From assembly GCF_006345805.1 (NCBI RefSeq), contig NC_043001.1, positions 31,620,001 to 31,684,000 on the forward strand: a stretch of DNA of 64,000 nt, in the 5' to 3' direction. Origin of the DNA: Octopus sinensis (taxonomy: Eukaryota). Of the stretch, positions 14,262 through 28,687 are shown one piece after another. The position numbers were made by a program, and so were the translations under genes. The notes under the pieces are model-generated. The model searched no databases. It had not been told where the DNA came from and saw only the letters and a list, made by a program, of their open reading frames with translations. Position 1 is the first letter of the stretch, and the number at the start of each line of letters is the position of its first letter.

Positions 14262-15983
14262 AACCTAGTATTTGACTGGCACTTTATCAACCTTGGATGA
14301 AAGGTAAATTTGACTGTAGCAGGATTTGAACATAGAATTTAAAAAAAAAACCATTACAAAATACAACAAAGCATGTTGTCTGATGCTCAACAATTCTCCA
14401 AGTTCATTAATATATACTTTAAGATATGATTAAATAAATAAATTAATAATGAATAATAAAACTATCTTAGATCTGATTCCTAATTTGTTGTTAAAAGTTG
14501 TTTGTAATTTATTTCCGAAGGTTAGTCCATATTCATGTCCGTTCCCAAAGATTTTGTCTCTTAATTATTATTTGTACCTAATAAAACTTATTACGTATTA
14601 AAATGGTTTAACAGAATTTTCATTTATCTTAACCCCAATATGTGATTGGAATGATGTAGCACAGTGCTACATTATTCAGTTAAAGAAAAATCATAGTAAT
14701 TCTCTTCTCTGTTGGTAGAAATTTCCATCCTTTCTCTTTTATTAGTTACTACTCTCCTGCCTTCATTTTTCTTCACAAGCTAGCCATCTTGTTCTGGTGT
14801 CTATATTGCTATAATACAGATACAGGCACACAAAGTTGACTTTATGATTTACCAGCATAACCATACCAACAAAATCATAGCTAGAATAAATGAATTTATT
14901 TTATATTTAAGAAATACCGTTAATTCTATTTAAGAAATATTTTGGATAATGTGTCAAATATTTGAGAGAATTATCAAGAATGATACACCAGTTATAATCT
15001 AGATAAATCTTTCAAACAAATCATATAATTGTCTCACTACGAATCATTTTATTTTACACATAGAGAAACAGATAGCGAAATTGCATATCTATAAGAACGT
15101 ACAGAAGATTCCTAACCCTCCTCATCATTTAAGTTTTGATTGATGGACACAGCAGTCATTGTTAAAGAATACAAACCTGTTGTAATTCATATTCACAAAA
15201 TAATATCTTGCTGTCTTAACTTTCAATCCATGTTTAACTATATTTTCGGTTAAATAATCAATTTACAAACACCTAATCAATCAAAATGTTTCCTAATTCA
15301 AAATCCAGAATTTCTTCAAGATTTAATTGCTGTACACACATACTTAATAGTATTTTCACTGTTAAAAATATCTTCTATAATAAACTAATAAACATTATAT
15401 TATATTAATTTTTTTTCTTGTAATAGGAAAAAACAAAAACAAAATAAATAAATAAAAAGGAAGAAAGAAAGAGTTTGTTTTCTGTCAATATTCAGGATAA
15501 ACAATGAAGTTCAGATTACATAAAGTAAAAAGAGCCCTTATCACCAGAACAAAACATACATTCTCTTCATAGTTATCTACCTATTATGCCTGAATGATCA
15601 TTCACAAAGGATTTGCAAGATAAGGTTTTAACAGTCATTTTACAAATACTTCATATAGTGTTTCAACATTTCCTACAAAATTTTAAGACAGACATGGACC
15701 CCCCCCCCACATACACTCATCTATTAGGCTACATCTTGCTTAAATAGATTATGGAATTGCAGGCATTGCCTGATCAAAATGTTTCAGATTCTTCAGCAAC
15801 CTGGAACATCTTTTAAATGGAGTTCAGAAATATTGTCCAACTGCAGCCACTGGAGGAAGATCTTTGAAGGTCCTAATTCATAAAAAAATCAGCTTTACAG
15901 CAAGTCCCAAACCTATGGAGTAAATGCTCATGACAATGATAATCTTTGATCTGAATGTGCTACATCATAGTAGTATAGCATTA

Positions 15984-16233
15984 AATAAATAAATGCTCCC
16001 TTTTAAAGCCTAGCCAGGCTCGTGGGCCCGGTTTCAATGGCATATGTGTTCCCCAGCCGGACGGGACGCCAGTCCATCACAGCATTACTCATTTTTGCCG
16101 GCTGAGTGGACTGGAGCTACGTGAAATGAAGTGTTTTGCTCAAGAACACAACGTGACGCCTGGTCCAGGAATCGGAACCACAATCTTACGATAATAATAC
16201 TGACACCCTAACCACTAAGCCACGCACCTCCAC
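15984..16233 (-). mobile_element. tRNA-derived SINE, family B
   Basis: A/B-box-like head gtggaggtgcgtggcttagtggttagg...ggttccgattcc, (TTTA)n tail, and a perfect 15-bp TSD agtagtatagcatta (15969-15983 / 16234-16248). Related pieces lie at ~26330-26510 and 61250-61405. Confidence 0.9.
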
Positions 16234-16748
16234 AGTAGTATAGCATTAGTAACCTGCAAATTTGCGATAAATCCTATCATGTGACCAATCTTAACCAATG
16301 AGAAATTTACAAGTGTCCTACAGACATATCACCCCTTGTCATCTTTTATATTTACTCCCAATATTGTTTGAAAGAAAACATATATATCCCTTATGTGCAT
16401 GTGTGAAACTGAACAATGATGAATAGCATAATTAATTGTTTTCCTCTGGGTATGTGTGTGTGTAAGGTGGTAATTTGGTAGTCATTAGAGCATTGGATAT
16501 TGCGCTCCATCCTTTCAGGGTCAATAAATAAAGTACTAGTCCTTTACTGAGGCTGATTTTTACTTTTCTTTCTGTGCATGTCTCTTTCTCCTATTCTGGA
16601 AGGAATCTGCTGAGGCCAGACCTGGAGAGGTATGGGCTCAGCTAAATCTAAAAAAATGCCTGAGACAAGCTGTATGTCACAATGGTAAACATATAACTCC
16701 CTCAGAAGTTGAGAGCATAAAACCGTAAAACCAATATCTATCTCTTTC

Positions 16749-16787
<39 letters not shown>

Positions 16788-17469
16788 ACTTGACTAATGT
16801 ACAGTGTGACCAGATTTTAGCAAGTAGGTCACCAGAAAGAAACTGTAGAAAATCATATTTTAAACATGTTAGGTTAGATTAATTTTAAGGTGGCAAGCTG
16901 GCAGAATCATTAGCATGCCGGATGAAATGCGTAGCAGTATTTTGCCCATCGCTACATTCTGAGTTCAAATTCTGCCGAGGTTGACTTTGCCTTTCATCCT
17001 TTCAGGGTCGATGAATCAAGTACCAGTGAAACATTGGGGTTGATGTAATCAACTAGTCCCCTCCCTTCAAATTTCAGGCCTTGTGCCTATAGTAGAAAGG
17101 AGATTAGATTAATTTTATATAGCATTAATATAAAAAAAAATTAAAATAAAAAACGTTATAAGTACAATTTTGGAACAAGAAAACAAAATGTAAATTTTAT
17201 AACTCCTGAGGCAAAAGCTGTCATGACAAAAGTTTTGACATTCAAGACATCTAGCTTAGAAGTCAAATACCCTTTTTTACCATTGCCTAGTTTACAAAGA
17301 GCTTAATAGTCCCAGAGATGATTGACCAACCAATAAAAGGCTCAGAAATGAATATAAAGTTGACCATAACTCTTAAGCATTCAGATTAATTTGTCAAATG
17401 TATTGCTTTTTTATTCAGATTGTTTAGAATTAATTATCTTGTAGCTTTGAAATTTCGATTATGGGATTG

Positions 17470-17812
17470 TTTAATTCAATTCAATTCAATTTTTATTGGC
17501 TCAAAAAGCAAAAGCAAGGCCATGTAGGGGGACAGGGAGGGTGGTCATACAAAGGGTTCAGGCCATTTCTGGTCAAGAGAGACTTTGAACCGAGCGGTCG
17601 TCGGCATCTTCACTATCTCGTCCGGCAGCTTATTCCACAGATCCACAACCCGGATGGAGAAAGCCCCTCTCCTTAGATTGAGATGAAATCGTTGTTGATA
17701 GAGCTTTTCGGAGTGACCCCGCAGCCCACGCTCTGGAGCAGGAGTGAAGAACAGCTCTTTCGAGAGGTTAACCTTTCCGCTTATGATGTTGTGAGCGGTT
17801 ACACTTTCCACT
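17470..17812 (-). mobile_element. CR1-type LINE 3' fragment, young copy 2
   Basis: ORF 17545-17811 reads ...LRGHSEKLYQQRFHLNLRRGAFSIRVVDLWNKLP..., a typical CR1 ORF2 end. It has a (TTGAA)n tail and retains its CpGs. Confidence 0.85.
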
Positions 17813-20800
17813 TATGATACTTTTAGTATGGCATTGTAGGGTAGGTGAGAGAGACTGTATTTGACCAGTTTGAACATAACTAGAATATTTTGGTCAGATA
17901 TAGCTGGTTTAAATGCTAAAGGGTAAAATTAATCTATAATTCAAGCAGCCATAGAACACATTTGAACACAAACTATAATAAATATTTAAAAATGTCTGAT
18001 AAGTTAGCATACTTTGAAACTTGATGAAATCTTTGAAAGAAAAGGCAGTAGATGAAGTATTTTGGAGAGTGTTATATCAAATGTTAAAGCAGTGAGCTAG
18101 CAGACATAAGTGCATTGGACAAAATGCTTAGCAGCATTTCTTCAGGCTCTTTGCAGGCTGAGTTCAAATGCTGTCAAGGTCAGCTTTGCTTTTCATCCTT
18201 TCAGGGTTGATAAAATAAAGCACCAGTCAAGTAAATAAATAATGAAGTTAATGCAACCAACTATCCAGTACCCCTAAAAATTTCAAGTAACTATTACATT
18301 AAACAACAGTTTAATATATTCATGTGTGTGTGTGTGAAAGAGGGAGAGACAGAGAGAATCATCACCATCATCATCATAATTTAACGTCCGCTCTCCATGT
18401 TAGCACGGGTTGGACAATTTGACTGAGGTCTGGTGAACCAGACTCCAATCTGATCTGGCAGAGTTTCTACAGCTGGATGCCCTTCCTAATGCCAACCACT
18501 CCGAGAGTGTAGTGGGTGCTTTTACGTGCCACCAGCACGAAGGCCAGTTTGGTGGTACTGGCAACGGCCACGCCCAAATGGTGCCTTTTACATGCCACCT
18601 GCACAGGAGCCAGTCCAGCGGCACTGGCAACGACCTCGCTTGAATGTTTCATGTGCCACCAGCACAAGTGCTAGGAAGGCAAGGCGATAACGATCATGCT
18701 CGAATGGTGCGCTTAACGTGCCATATATGTATAAAAATGTATGTGTCTGTTATATTTGTGTAGCTTGAGATCCACTTTGCTCGAACAGATAGCTACTATG
18801 GATGTAACTGACTGAATAAAGCATTTGATTGATATGATATTCCAGCTATTTTGTTGAGAGTCTAATGTGCTAAAATTTAGAACCTAAAATATGTAGTTCC
18901 CTCATTTTAAAGACAGCAGGAAGTTTGCTGAGGGTCAAACTTGCTAGAACAAGGAACCATTTCGAAGTTCCTTCCTTAGCTTGTGCATACTCAACTAATG
19001 GATAATAATTTTGGCTTGAAAACAAAAAAAATGTTACTATTGTATACTTGGAGTAGTGCTGTTTATTTTTTAATGGAAAAATTACAATATATTGTTAATT
19101 TAGTTATGATAAACATTTTTCAAGCATTTTAGTCATGTGGGAGCATAAAATGTCACTTTATACCTTATTAGATTTTGTAACCCAAACTTCAGGACTATTG
19201 CCAACTAATGTAAACAAATATAAAAAAAAAATCAAATGAGAAATATGGTAGGGGAAAAGTTATTAGCATTATAATACATCTTGATCTGACAAAGAAATGT
19301 GGAAATAAACTATTTTGAAGAAGAGATCAAAACTTGGTGAGATAATGGCAAGAATACTGGCGAGTATACTGCAGGGAAGAGATGTCCAATAGTATGGTTA
19401 GAGATCCACAACTAATGGTTTTTGCCTCCTGTATAAAACAGGTTACAGTGAAGAAGCATTGATATCATATCAAGTTTTGAGTCAGTCACTCACTGACATT
19501 AAAAGTACAAACACAATGCCTTTGTTTCACATAGAATTTATCAAAAGCCAAACAAATAAAACGAGAATAAAAAGATTTTTACAGTTGATAATTCATGAAA
19601 ATTATTGAGTGAAGAGAATATAGAATTTGGGGGACAAACATCTGTTGTGAATAAATCAAAATGAAGTACAAAAATCTCTTATCTTTTACTTGTTTCAGTC
19701 ATTAGCTTACGGCCATGCTGGGATGCTACCTTGAAGGGTTAGCTGAACAAATCAACCCCAGAACTTACTTCTCAGTCTGGTACTCATTTTATTGGTTTCT
19801 TTGGCTAAATTGCTTAGTTACAAGGATGTAAACACAAACACACACACTACCAAATTCACTCACAAGATCTATAGTAGAAGATACTTGCTGAAGGTGCCAC
19901 ACAATGGGACTGAACCTGAAACCACGCGGTAGCAAAGTGAGCTTCTTAACTTCAATCATGTCAGCACCCAAATCTTGATACTGTTTTGTTAATTTTTTTT
20001 TCTAGCACATTAACACACCCGTGTTTTAGTTAAAAAAAATTAACTAAAGAACTCAAATATCTTAACAGGGCTTGTTAAGATATTAACAGTAATTCGCTCT
20101 AAGCTTTATGAACAACATTTAACAAAGGGCAAAGTTAATTTTTGAAACTAATTAAACACTAAAAAGATTTGTAGAGAAAACAATGCCAATCAACAGCTAT
20201 CAATAAAAATATTAACATTGTTTAGCTAGTAGCTATAACTGTTAATCCATACACCCACACATACATACTCCTTGTCTGTCTTCAGCGATTAAGTTTGTTC
20301 GTTTATTTATATTACCTTAACAACCTGGTCACTGTACTAACTCACTCACGCTGTAGTTATTTCTACAAGTGACCTATGTATTATAATCTTACTATACCTA
20401 TTTATACACTAGCTTGTAAAGTGCCAGATAATAATTAAGTGATTTCTGCTCTGTCACCCTCCTATCCTTTTTTTAAAGACAGCTCAATGGCCAAGTAGCC
20501 TGCATACCAATCACTGAATGAAGTCCCTTGAAATATCATTAAGCAAACCAATCTAAAATGATCAGCACACATAAAGTCAACATAATTACATTTCATATTA
20601 ACACTTTTTCTACCTGTATTGTCTTCATAAGACAAGTATCTGAGTAAATGCTGTTTAGCCTCAAGTCAAATAAGCAGACCAATCATCAAAGAAAATTAAA
20701 ATTATCTTGATAATGTGGGATTTTGCTCCTAATCTCTAAACCCTCCCCCAAAAGAACAGTAGTCCTATTTGTCTTCCTGTCCATGTTTTGTTTCGAAAGA

Positions 20801-23202
20801 CTTTCTTTCTAACGAATTCTGCAATTCTTAATGGAGAGAGCAACAGTGGGTAATTCTCAAATGCCTTGACCGTCCCATTTTATTTATCTCGGACCACATT
20901 GTCCCATGTACCCCTACTTTATTTTGCTTTTTAAATATGTAAGGGCGTGATATGCAATTTGGCTGTTATTTTTCATAGGCTGAGTGATCATGTATAAGCT
21001 CTTTTGTCAGCTGATGATATCATGCTTTATTATACCTTCAGAAAACTTAATGTAGCAACCATCACATGGAGGCTCAAATTTGAAATTAGCAATGACTATT
21101 TAAATAGAATTAGGCATGACTAAATGCAGACATGTGTGAATATGGAGTTTGCTTCTTAACTACGTGTTCATGAGGTATATCTCACTGATTGGTATCCTGG
21201 GCGAAGTCTCTCTTGGGCCAACCAATGCCTTATGGGTGAAACTGTTAAATGGAAACTGTATGGAGTCCCATCACATATATGTGTACTTGCACATGTGGAT
21301 GTTTGTATTCTGTGTCCTCCTATGAAAATGATGAGCAAAAGCTAGTGATGCTATGCTTTCATTTCTTGTCAACACATCATTCTTTAAAGACAAGTGGAAT
21401 ACAAAATCTCCTCACTTGAAAACAGTGTTAGAGACAGAAAGAACACCTGGCTGTAAAACAATGCCTCAATAAGTGTCCATGCAGCCTATGCTAGCATGGA
21501 CAAATGAATGTAAAACAGACGAGTGAATTATGTTAGTAAGCTGAGAAGATTTTATAAAATAAAGTTATAATATAAAGTCTGATAAGGTAAGCTCTTGCAA
21601 CTATTTTGAGTCTGCAAATGAAAGGATAAATTCCTGTGGGTCAATGTACAGGGATGAAGAAATTAAAGAAATATTAAGTCTTGCAAATTAATTTTAAAAT
21701 ATTAACTGCAAGTCATCAATATTCATGAGATACCAACAATTTGAAATCTAGTTTTCACTATAAGTGTCAAGTACAAATCAGTAAACTGACTGAGGATATT
21801 TTTCTTATCTTGCATTCATGGTGGGAGCTGATACTGAACCAATGTTCAACTGTATGGATGTTTTGATTCTAATTGGGTATAATTAACAGTTATGCAATTA
21901 ATATTTAAGGAAAATCTGAAAATTTTAAATGGAGAGAACTGAATATATACATACTGTCTCAAGCACTTCTTTTACTGATATTGAGCACTTTTAAGCAGAA
22001 AAGTATTTTTCAAATATTTTGCAGTCTAATTAAGTGACAGGGTATTGATTCAGAATATAGAATCAAAACATGCTCACTGTAATCTAAAAATTGTTAACTT
22101 GGAAAATGTTAATTGAAATCTGGTTGGTTTTTCTAAGGAAATAGAATTTCTTATGTTTTATGTTACATCACTGTGTGAAGAAAACTATATAAACTTGATA
22201 AAAAAGGAAAAAATAATAGTAAAATAGACATCAAAACTAACATGAGAAGATCATTTTCAATATAAAAGGCTGTTTCGCAGTACAGACCGATACTTGTCAA
22301 GGGCTAAGAGAAGAAATAGTATCAAGCAGATTCTTTGCTAGAATAACTTGTATTTTTAAGGGATGGGAGTCATAACCACCAATAGATAAATTGATATCTA
22401 CAGACTACAGCCTATTCAGTCAATAAACACTATTTATGGAGGGTTCTAAAGAATAATTGCAGTCTTAAAATAACAGAGATAGCTGCTTGCTTCAAACAGC
22501 TGATTGTAAAATTCTTTTAGCTACTTTTGAAACATGATAATTAAGTAGAGCGCAGGTATACATTTGTTGAAATAAAGTAAATGAAAATATATAAAAGTAG
22601 AGTTAAATATAGATACATAAATTGCATTAGAGATTCATTTGCCCTATCAAATGCGTGAAATTAGTATTTTATATAACAGATTGCTCTAACTTGGATACTG
22701 TAGTTTGGAAACAGTGGTTGCTATCATATCACTTCAGTTAGGGTATTATTAACTTTTGGGAAAATTAAGGGAACAGCAAAAGGATTCTCTTTTTGCATAA
22801 TGCAGATGTGATGTTATGAAACATAAGCTGTTTCATAATTTCATCACAGCTCTGATCAAAAATATTCAGTGTATATCTACAACTGTATATTGCTTTATAT
22901 ATCTATCCTTCCTTGTTTAAAAACAGTGAATTATTACTTTGAGATCTAGTTGCTTTTTCTAGCAGGCTGGGCATCCATGTAGAAGCTTTGATGGAAATAC
23001 CTGTAGAAAAGGTGGCCATCTTCCTATAACTGCAGGCGAATTATTAAAGTACAACGTGAACATGAGACATGGGTTTTTGTGACATAGGCCAAGGCATGTA
23101 AAAGAAACAATTCTGTTAGTACTATGGACATGCATTCAAGAATGGATTAAATGTTTTGGATGAAAAGGTGCCAGGAGTTGATATATGGTAGCTGAAGGGG
23201 AG

Positions 23203-23619
23203 GAATTACAACCGTGTTTCGTGGTCTGCTACCACAACAGCTCCTTTATAGGATCCAGTTAGCTCAAGACATCATCAGGAGGAACCACGTCCGGTTTCGG
23301 CCCCTACTCCTCTACCGTTTTGACGTGACGGGGCTCCCCCTTTCGAAGGTGTTTTCAGCTCTGGTGTTGGGTGCGTGTCTTCTTTCTCCTTCTTTCTTCT
23401 GTTCCCTGGCCTCTTCGATGTATCGTCAGCGAGTGTCAGCCAGTGACTGACTGTTCAAATTTTTCCCTTTAAATACCTGCCGCTAGGCTCCAGGAGACAG
23501 CCCCAGCAAGTTGTCACGTGACACTGTCTCACCTTAACTGACTAGTAAAGGCGCATAGTTTTAGCCCGCGCATTCGCTAAATGACCGTCACCTGTCAGTC
23601 AGCGAAGCTGATTCAGTGT
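23203..23619 (-). mobile_element. Penelope-like (pLTR/3' end) insertion
   Basis: GC- and CpG-rich 417-bp island. The minus strand has a TATTTAAA box, then CTGATGA (23278-23272) and CGAAAC (23221-23216), as in PLE termini. It is flanked by a 74-bp direct duplication. Confidence 0.55.
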
Positions 23620-25747
23620 CATGCATTTAAGAATGGATTAAATGTTTTGGATGAAAAGGTGCCAGGAGCTGATATATGGTAGCTGAAGGGGAGAAGTAAT
23701 CCAAATACATCAACGACTAAAATTAGCAGCCTAATAAGTTAAACAAAAGACAAGGAGTGACAGAGACGGAATGTTTTGCAGTCTTGTCCTGACCAATGTA
23801 GGTCACTAATAATACACTATGATAATATGGTCAGTCATGATATGAAAACATTCACACCACAACTAAGATTTAGCCATTTAACTCACACATGTACCTCTAT
23901 GCAGTTGTTTGACCTGACAGAGGCTGCAGCCAAATTCACTCAACCTGCATTTTACCATTCTTAAACGAGAAAAGATTTAGATGGGTTAGTCACAGCCGTG
24001 ACTATCATAGGTCTCTCTTTCCAGGGCTGACTGGAAGCTAAACAACAACAAAAGTTATTGTATAGCTGCTATGCTCAGACACCAGTTTGAAGGGTTTAGT
24101 CAATTATATTGAAATTGGTGCTTATTTTGAAAGTCTTGTTTTCTTTTTTTTTTCTATCTCAGTTTGTTGAATTGCTGAGTTAAGGAACATAAAAAACACT
24201 GGTTTTTAATCAGTGTAAACTTTAACATAGTTCACATGCACACATATACAACAAGCTTCTGCACAGTTCCTGTTCAACAAATTTCATCCACAAGGTATTG
24301 GTTAAACTGAGGATATAGTACAAAACACTTATTCAAGGTATTCATGCACTGGGGCTGAACCCAAAACCTTGGGGTTGTAAAGCGAACTTCTTAACCACTC
24401 AGCCATGCTTGTTACTAGCACCACATTGTGATGACAGGTCAAGAGCACTTAGCTATGAATGGTCCAGTTCAACTAGCTGTAAACAAATGCCTTGTAGATG
24501 GAAGCACAGCTTATGCATGTCAGCTGCTAGAGCTTTGTATAATTCTTAAGTGTTTCATTAACTTGAGGGTGCAGAGTCAAAGTCACAGTTTGGTTTTAAT
24601 CATATTTTAACAAATGCTGATGTCCACTATACAAGGTTGCCAGAAAAAGTGAAACGATTGATAATAATCTTGTAAAGTGACACACATTGTTGACCAAATA
24701 TGAGAGCTTTGGCGCAAACGAAGAGAAGCTAAATTTCTTAGTCTAAGGTTTTCAGGTCATCAATAATAGTTTAGAGATTTCCAACTGACATAGACAAGAT
24801 TTCAATATTTTAAGTCTTTAACCCTTTAAGCACTCAGATTATGCTGCCAAATATAATGCTTATTTATTCACATTGTTTGAAATTAATCATACTTTATCTT
24901 AGAGCTTCGAAATTTCAATGATATGATTGCATAGTTTTAGAATGACATTGTAGGGTAGATGTGAGAGGTCAGATCTGGCCATTTTGGGCATAAAACAGGT
25001 CAATTTAAATGGTAAAGGGTTAGGGCAGTGAGCTGGCAGAATTGTTAGTATGCCAGGCTGCTTAGTGGCATTTTGTCCATCATTATGTTCTGAGTTCAAG
25101 TTCTGCTGAGGTCGACTTTGCCTTTCATCCCTTTTTGGGTTGATAAAATAAGTCACAGTTGAGTGCTGGGGTTGATTAGCCCCCTCCCCTGAAATTGCTG
25201 GCCTTGCACCAAAATTTGAAACCAATATTTTAAGCCTTTCACCAAACACCCCATAACAATAATAATGGTTACTACCTAAAAGGAAGTGTCATACAAGCTA
25301 AGTAAACATAGTGCTTGCCTATAGCCTAAAAAACTTCTCAGGGGTATCATATTCCTTTATCTCGAGGTTTAATGTGTTAAGTTTAAATGGATATCATGTA
25401 AATATAATTTAAATATATGTTAAGATTTGATCACAATAAAGTATGTATGGATCTAGAAACCCTGACAAACACCACAGTGATACACATCATAATCAAATGA
25501 AATAATAATTTCTCAATAAAACGCAAAACATCGTTAGGAGAAATGAGGTCTTGTAGGGTTCATATTTCCCTTAAGGTCATAAATTCTCTACAAATGGGAA
25601 TTAAAACCTTGTTAGAGTTACCATTTGCCAAAAACTTACTACTACTAATAATTCCTAATAGAGACACAATGTCAAACTTTTAAGGAGAGTGGAATTAGAA
25701 AATAGTGTCTTTAGGACCTTTACCAAGCTAAAACTGTTTTAAATGGG

Positions 25748-26113
25748 AACAAGTGCACTCAGAGAGCACAAACCCTTGTTAAGGCAACACTAACGTCCTC
25801 TCAATGATTAGCCAGAGATTTTTAAAATGAGAATATCTGAAATAAACTTGACTGCTCTCACAAATGAGAATACTAAAAATGAACCCGACCGCTCTCAAAA
25901 ATTAAGTAAAAAAAAAACAGGAAAAATATTCCAGAATCCTTGTTCGGAACTGGATTGATCTCAAAATCTAATCAGTTTGTGCCAGTCATGAAGCCAAACA
26001 TCCCTGAAAGTTTCATTCGAATCCATCCAGCGGTTCTTGAGATATCATGGCCATGGACAAACAAACAAATACAACTGAAAACAATACCTTAGCCTTTGCT
26101 AAGGCAGAGGTAA
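25748..26113. mobile_element. Helentron/HINE-like non-autonomous element
   Basis: Internal (ACAA)n microsatellite, terminal hairpin remnant ccttagcctttgctaaggcagagg, and a subterminal repeat near 25770. Confidence 0.55.
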
Positions 26114-27432
26114 TAAAAACTAGGCTTTCTATTTTACTCACCAAGAAAAAGTAAAAAGGCCAAAATCCATAACTATTACTTGCAAGCAAGTAATGGCTAT
26201 GCTCCATGTTATATGCTCCTTTTTGGGAGCATATAAACGTTTTTGTTAATTGTTTTAGGTGCCTATATAGTCACAAGCAGTAGTAGGCACCCTCTCAGCT
26301 CTCCTGCTCATGACCCAATGGAACATCCAGGATGTCACAGCTGGAGATAGACTGATAAATAGATAGATGTATAAGCACCAGACTGGTACTCATTTCCAGC
26401 TGAGTAGACTGGAGCAATGTGAAATGAAATACCTTGCTCCTGATCTAGGAATCTAACCCATAAATTTATGATGGTGAACTGAACCCCTTAAGTACTAGGT
26501 TACATGCCTCCACACACACTCACTGAGAACATGCATAAAATGTTCTTAACACAAAGCAACACTAAATACTTATTCATAGATTACAGGGATATTAAAGGTT
26601 TACTTGACCCCACCAAGATTTGAACTACAAATGCAGGAAGATGAAATTAAGTACAGTCTGCCATTTTACTCTGGTGAACAACTGGTTCAGTTGCACTAAA
26701 ATTTTATGGAAACAAAACTCCTAAAATTTACAGTTTGGAAATAAAAAGTTGTGACATATTTTCCTTAAGGACATACATGTAATAGGTAAAATTTGCCACA
26801 AGCTAACTGCAACACAGCCTACATCAAAACTTCTTTTTAAGATAGAAGCCTATTTTTGTTAAAGAGAGAAGAGTATAGCAGACTGATTATACTGATTGTC
26901 TCAGTTGGTGACAGAAACAGTCAGCTGGCTATTTTCTTATCTGTTTGACAGAAAAAAGTTATGACCATAGGTAAAGCTCCAGTAAGCTTGTGGCAAGTTA
27001 AATGTATAAGGATCAGATAGTATCTGAAACTTTTAGTCTTTTAATTTAGGCCATTACCTAGTGTGTGTGTGTGTGTGGTGTAGTATGGTCAAATGGTTGA
27101 GAAGTTAGCTTTACAACCATGAATTTCAGGGTTTGATTCAATTGCATAGCATCTTAGGCAACCGTCAATTTCTGTAGTTCCACGTTGAACCCATGCTCTT
27201 AGAGTTGGAAGGTTGGAAACTGTAGAGAAGCCTGTCAAATAGATTGTACCTATAATTCAAAGGAACAACCTTGCACGTAGACAGTGTGTCTCACTGATTC
27301 TGCCTGCAAATTATATTAAGGGTACACACGTTTGGGCAATGCTCAACCATTTACATATCAATTCAGGAGTAGGTAATTCATTGACCAGACAAATGAAACT
27401 TCATCAATGAATGATGGAGAACTATCCATCTA

Positions 27433-27988
27433 TTGGGTTGTCTGGAAAGTTCGTGCCGATTTATAGTAGCTTACCTTTCGACTTATTTTAGAACATGGTC
27501 GAGTCCACAAAATAGGATTTGACAACACCTCCATTTTGAGCACAGTTTAAGCTATCTTTTTGGTGGAAGAAGGTTTATGTTCCTATAACCTGTGTTAATT
27601 CTGTAACCCTTTAAAATGGAAGATAAGAAAGTTCATTTTCGGCACTTGATGCTTTGGGAACCAGACAAAAATTGCTGCAGCTCGGCTGGGATGTATTACC
27701 CCACCCTCCACATTCACCAGATATTGCTCCTTCAGATTTCCACTTATTCAGGTCTCTGCAGAATAGTCTTAATGGTAAAAATTAAAATTCCTTGGATGAC
27801 ATAAAAAGATACCTTGATGAATTCTTTGCCATGAAACCCCCTCAATTCTGGGAAGAGGGTATTTTCAAGTTCAAGGAAAGATGGACAGGCATTGTGTGCA
27901 ACAAAATGGTTCATATTTTGTTGATTAAAATAATTTTTGACCTTTTTCTTTCCTTTAAAAATCAGCACGAACTTTCCGGACAACTCAA
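27433..27988 (+). mobile_element. Internally deleted mariner element (MITE-like)
   Basis: About 30-bp TIRs (ttgggttgtctggaaagttcgtgccgattt / aaatcagcacgaactttccggacaactcaa) with TA on both sides. The N-terminal MEDKKVHFRHLMLWE is fused to a C-terminal PPYSPD-like region and LDDIKRYLDEFFAMKPPQFWEEGIFK. Confidence 0.9.
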
Positions 27989-28687
27989 TATATACATTTT
28001 TTTTTTGTTTCAGTCTTTGGGCTGTTGCTCTGTTGGGGAAACATCTTGAAGGGTTTTAGTTGAATGAATTGACCCCAGTACATTTTTTAAAGCCTGATTC
28101 TTATTCTATCAATCACTTTGCTGAACAGCTAGGGTACAGGGATGTAAACAAACCAACTCTGGTTGTCAAGCAGTAGTGGAGGACAAACAAAAAGACCCTC
28201 AATCTTTTTCACACACATGCAAATACAATACATACACACATGTTGGGCTTCTTTCAGTTTCTTATTTCTTTATTGCCCACAAGGGGCTAAACATAGAGGG
28301 GACAAACAAGGACAGACAAAGGGATTAAGTCAATTACATCAACCCCAGTGCGTAACTGGTACTTAATTTATTGAACCCTGAAAGGATGAAAGGTAAAGTC
28401 AACCTCAGTGGAATTTGAACTCAGAATGTAACGGCAGACGAAATACCACTAAGCATTTAACCCGGTGTGCTGACATTTCTGTCAGTACGCCACCTTTCAG
28501 TTTCTGTCAAACTTAATCCACTCACAGGGCTTTGGTCAGTTTGAAGATTCTTGCCCATAACAAAATTTGTTGAAAATGGTCTGCTTTAGTATTGACTACA
28601 ATATGATGGTCAAAAATAAAAGTTTAAAGGTTTCAGACAGAGGTTGATTTAAATTTGCATTATACAAAGACCATCATAAACAGTTTG

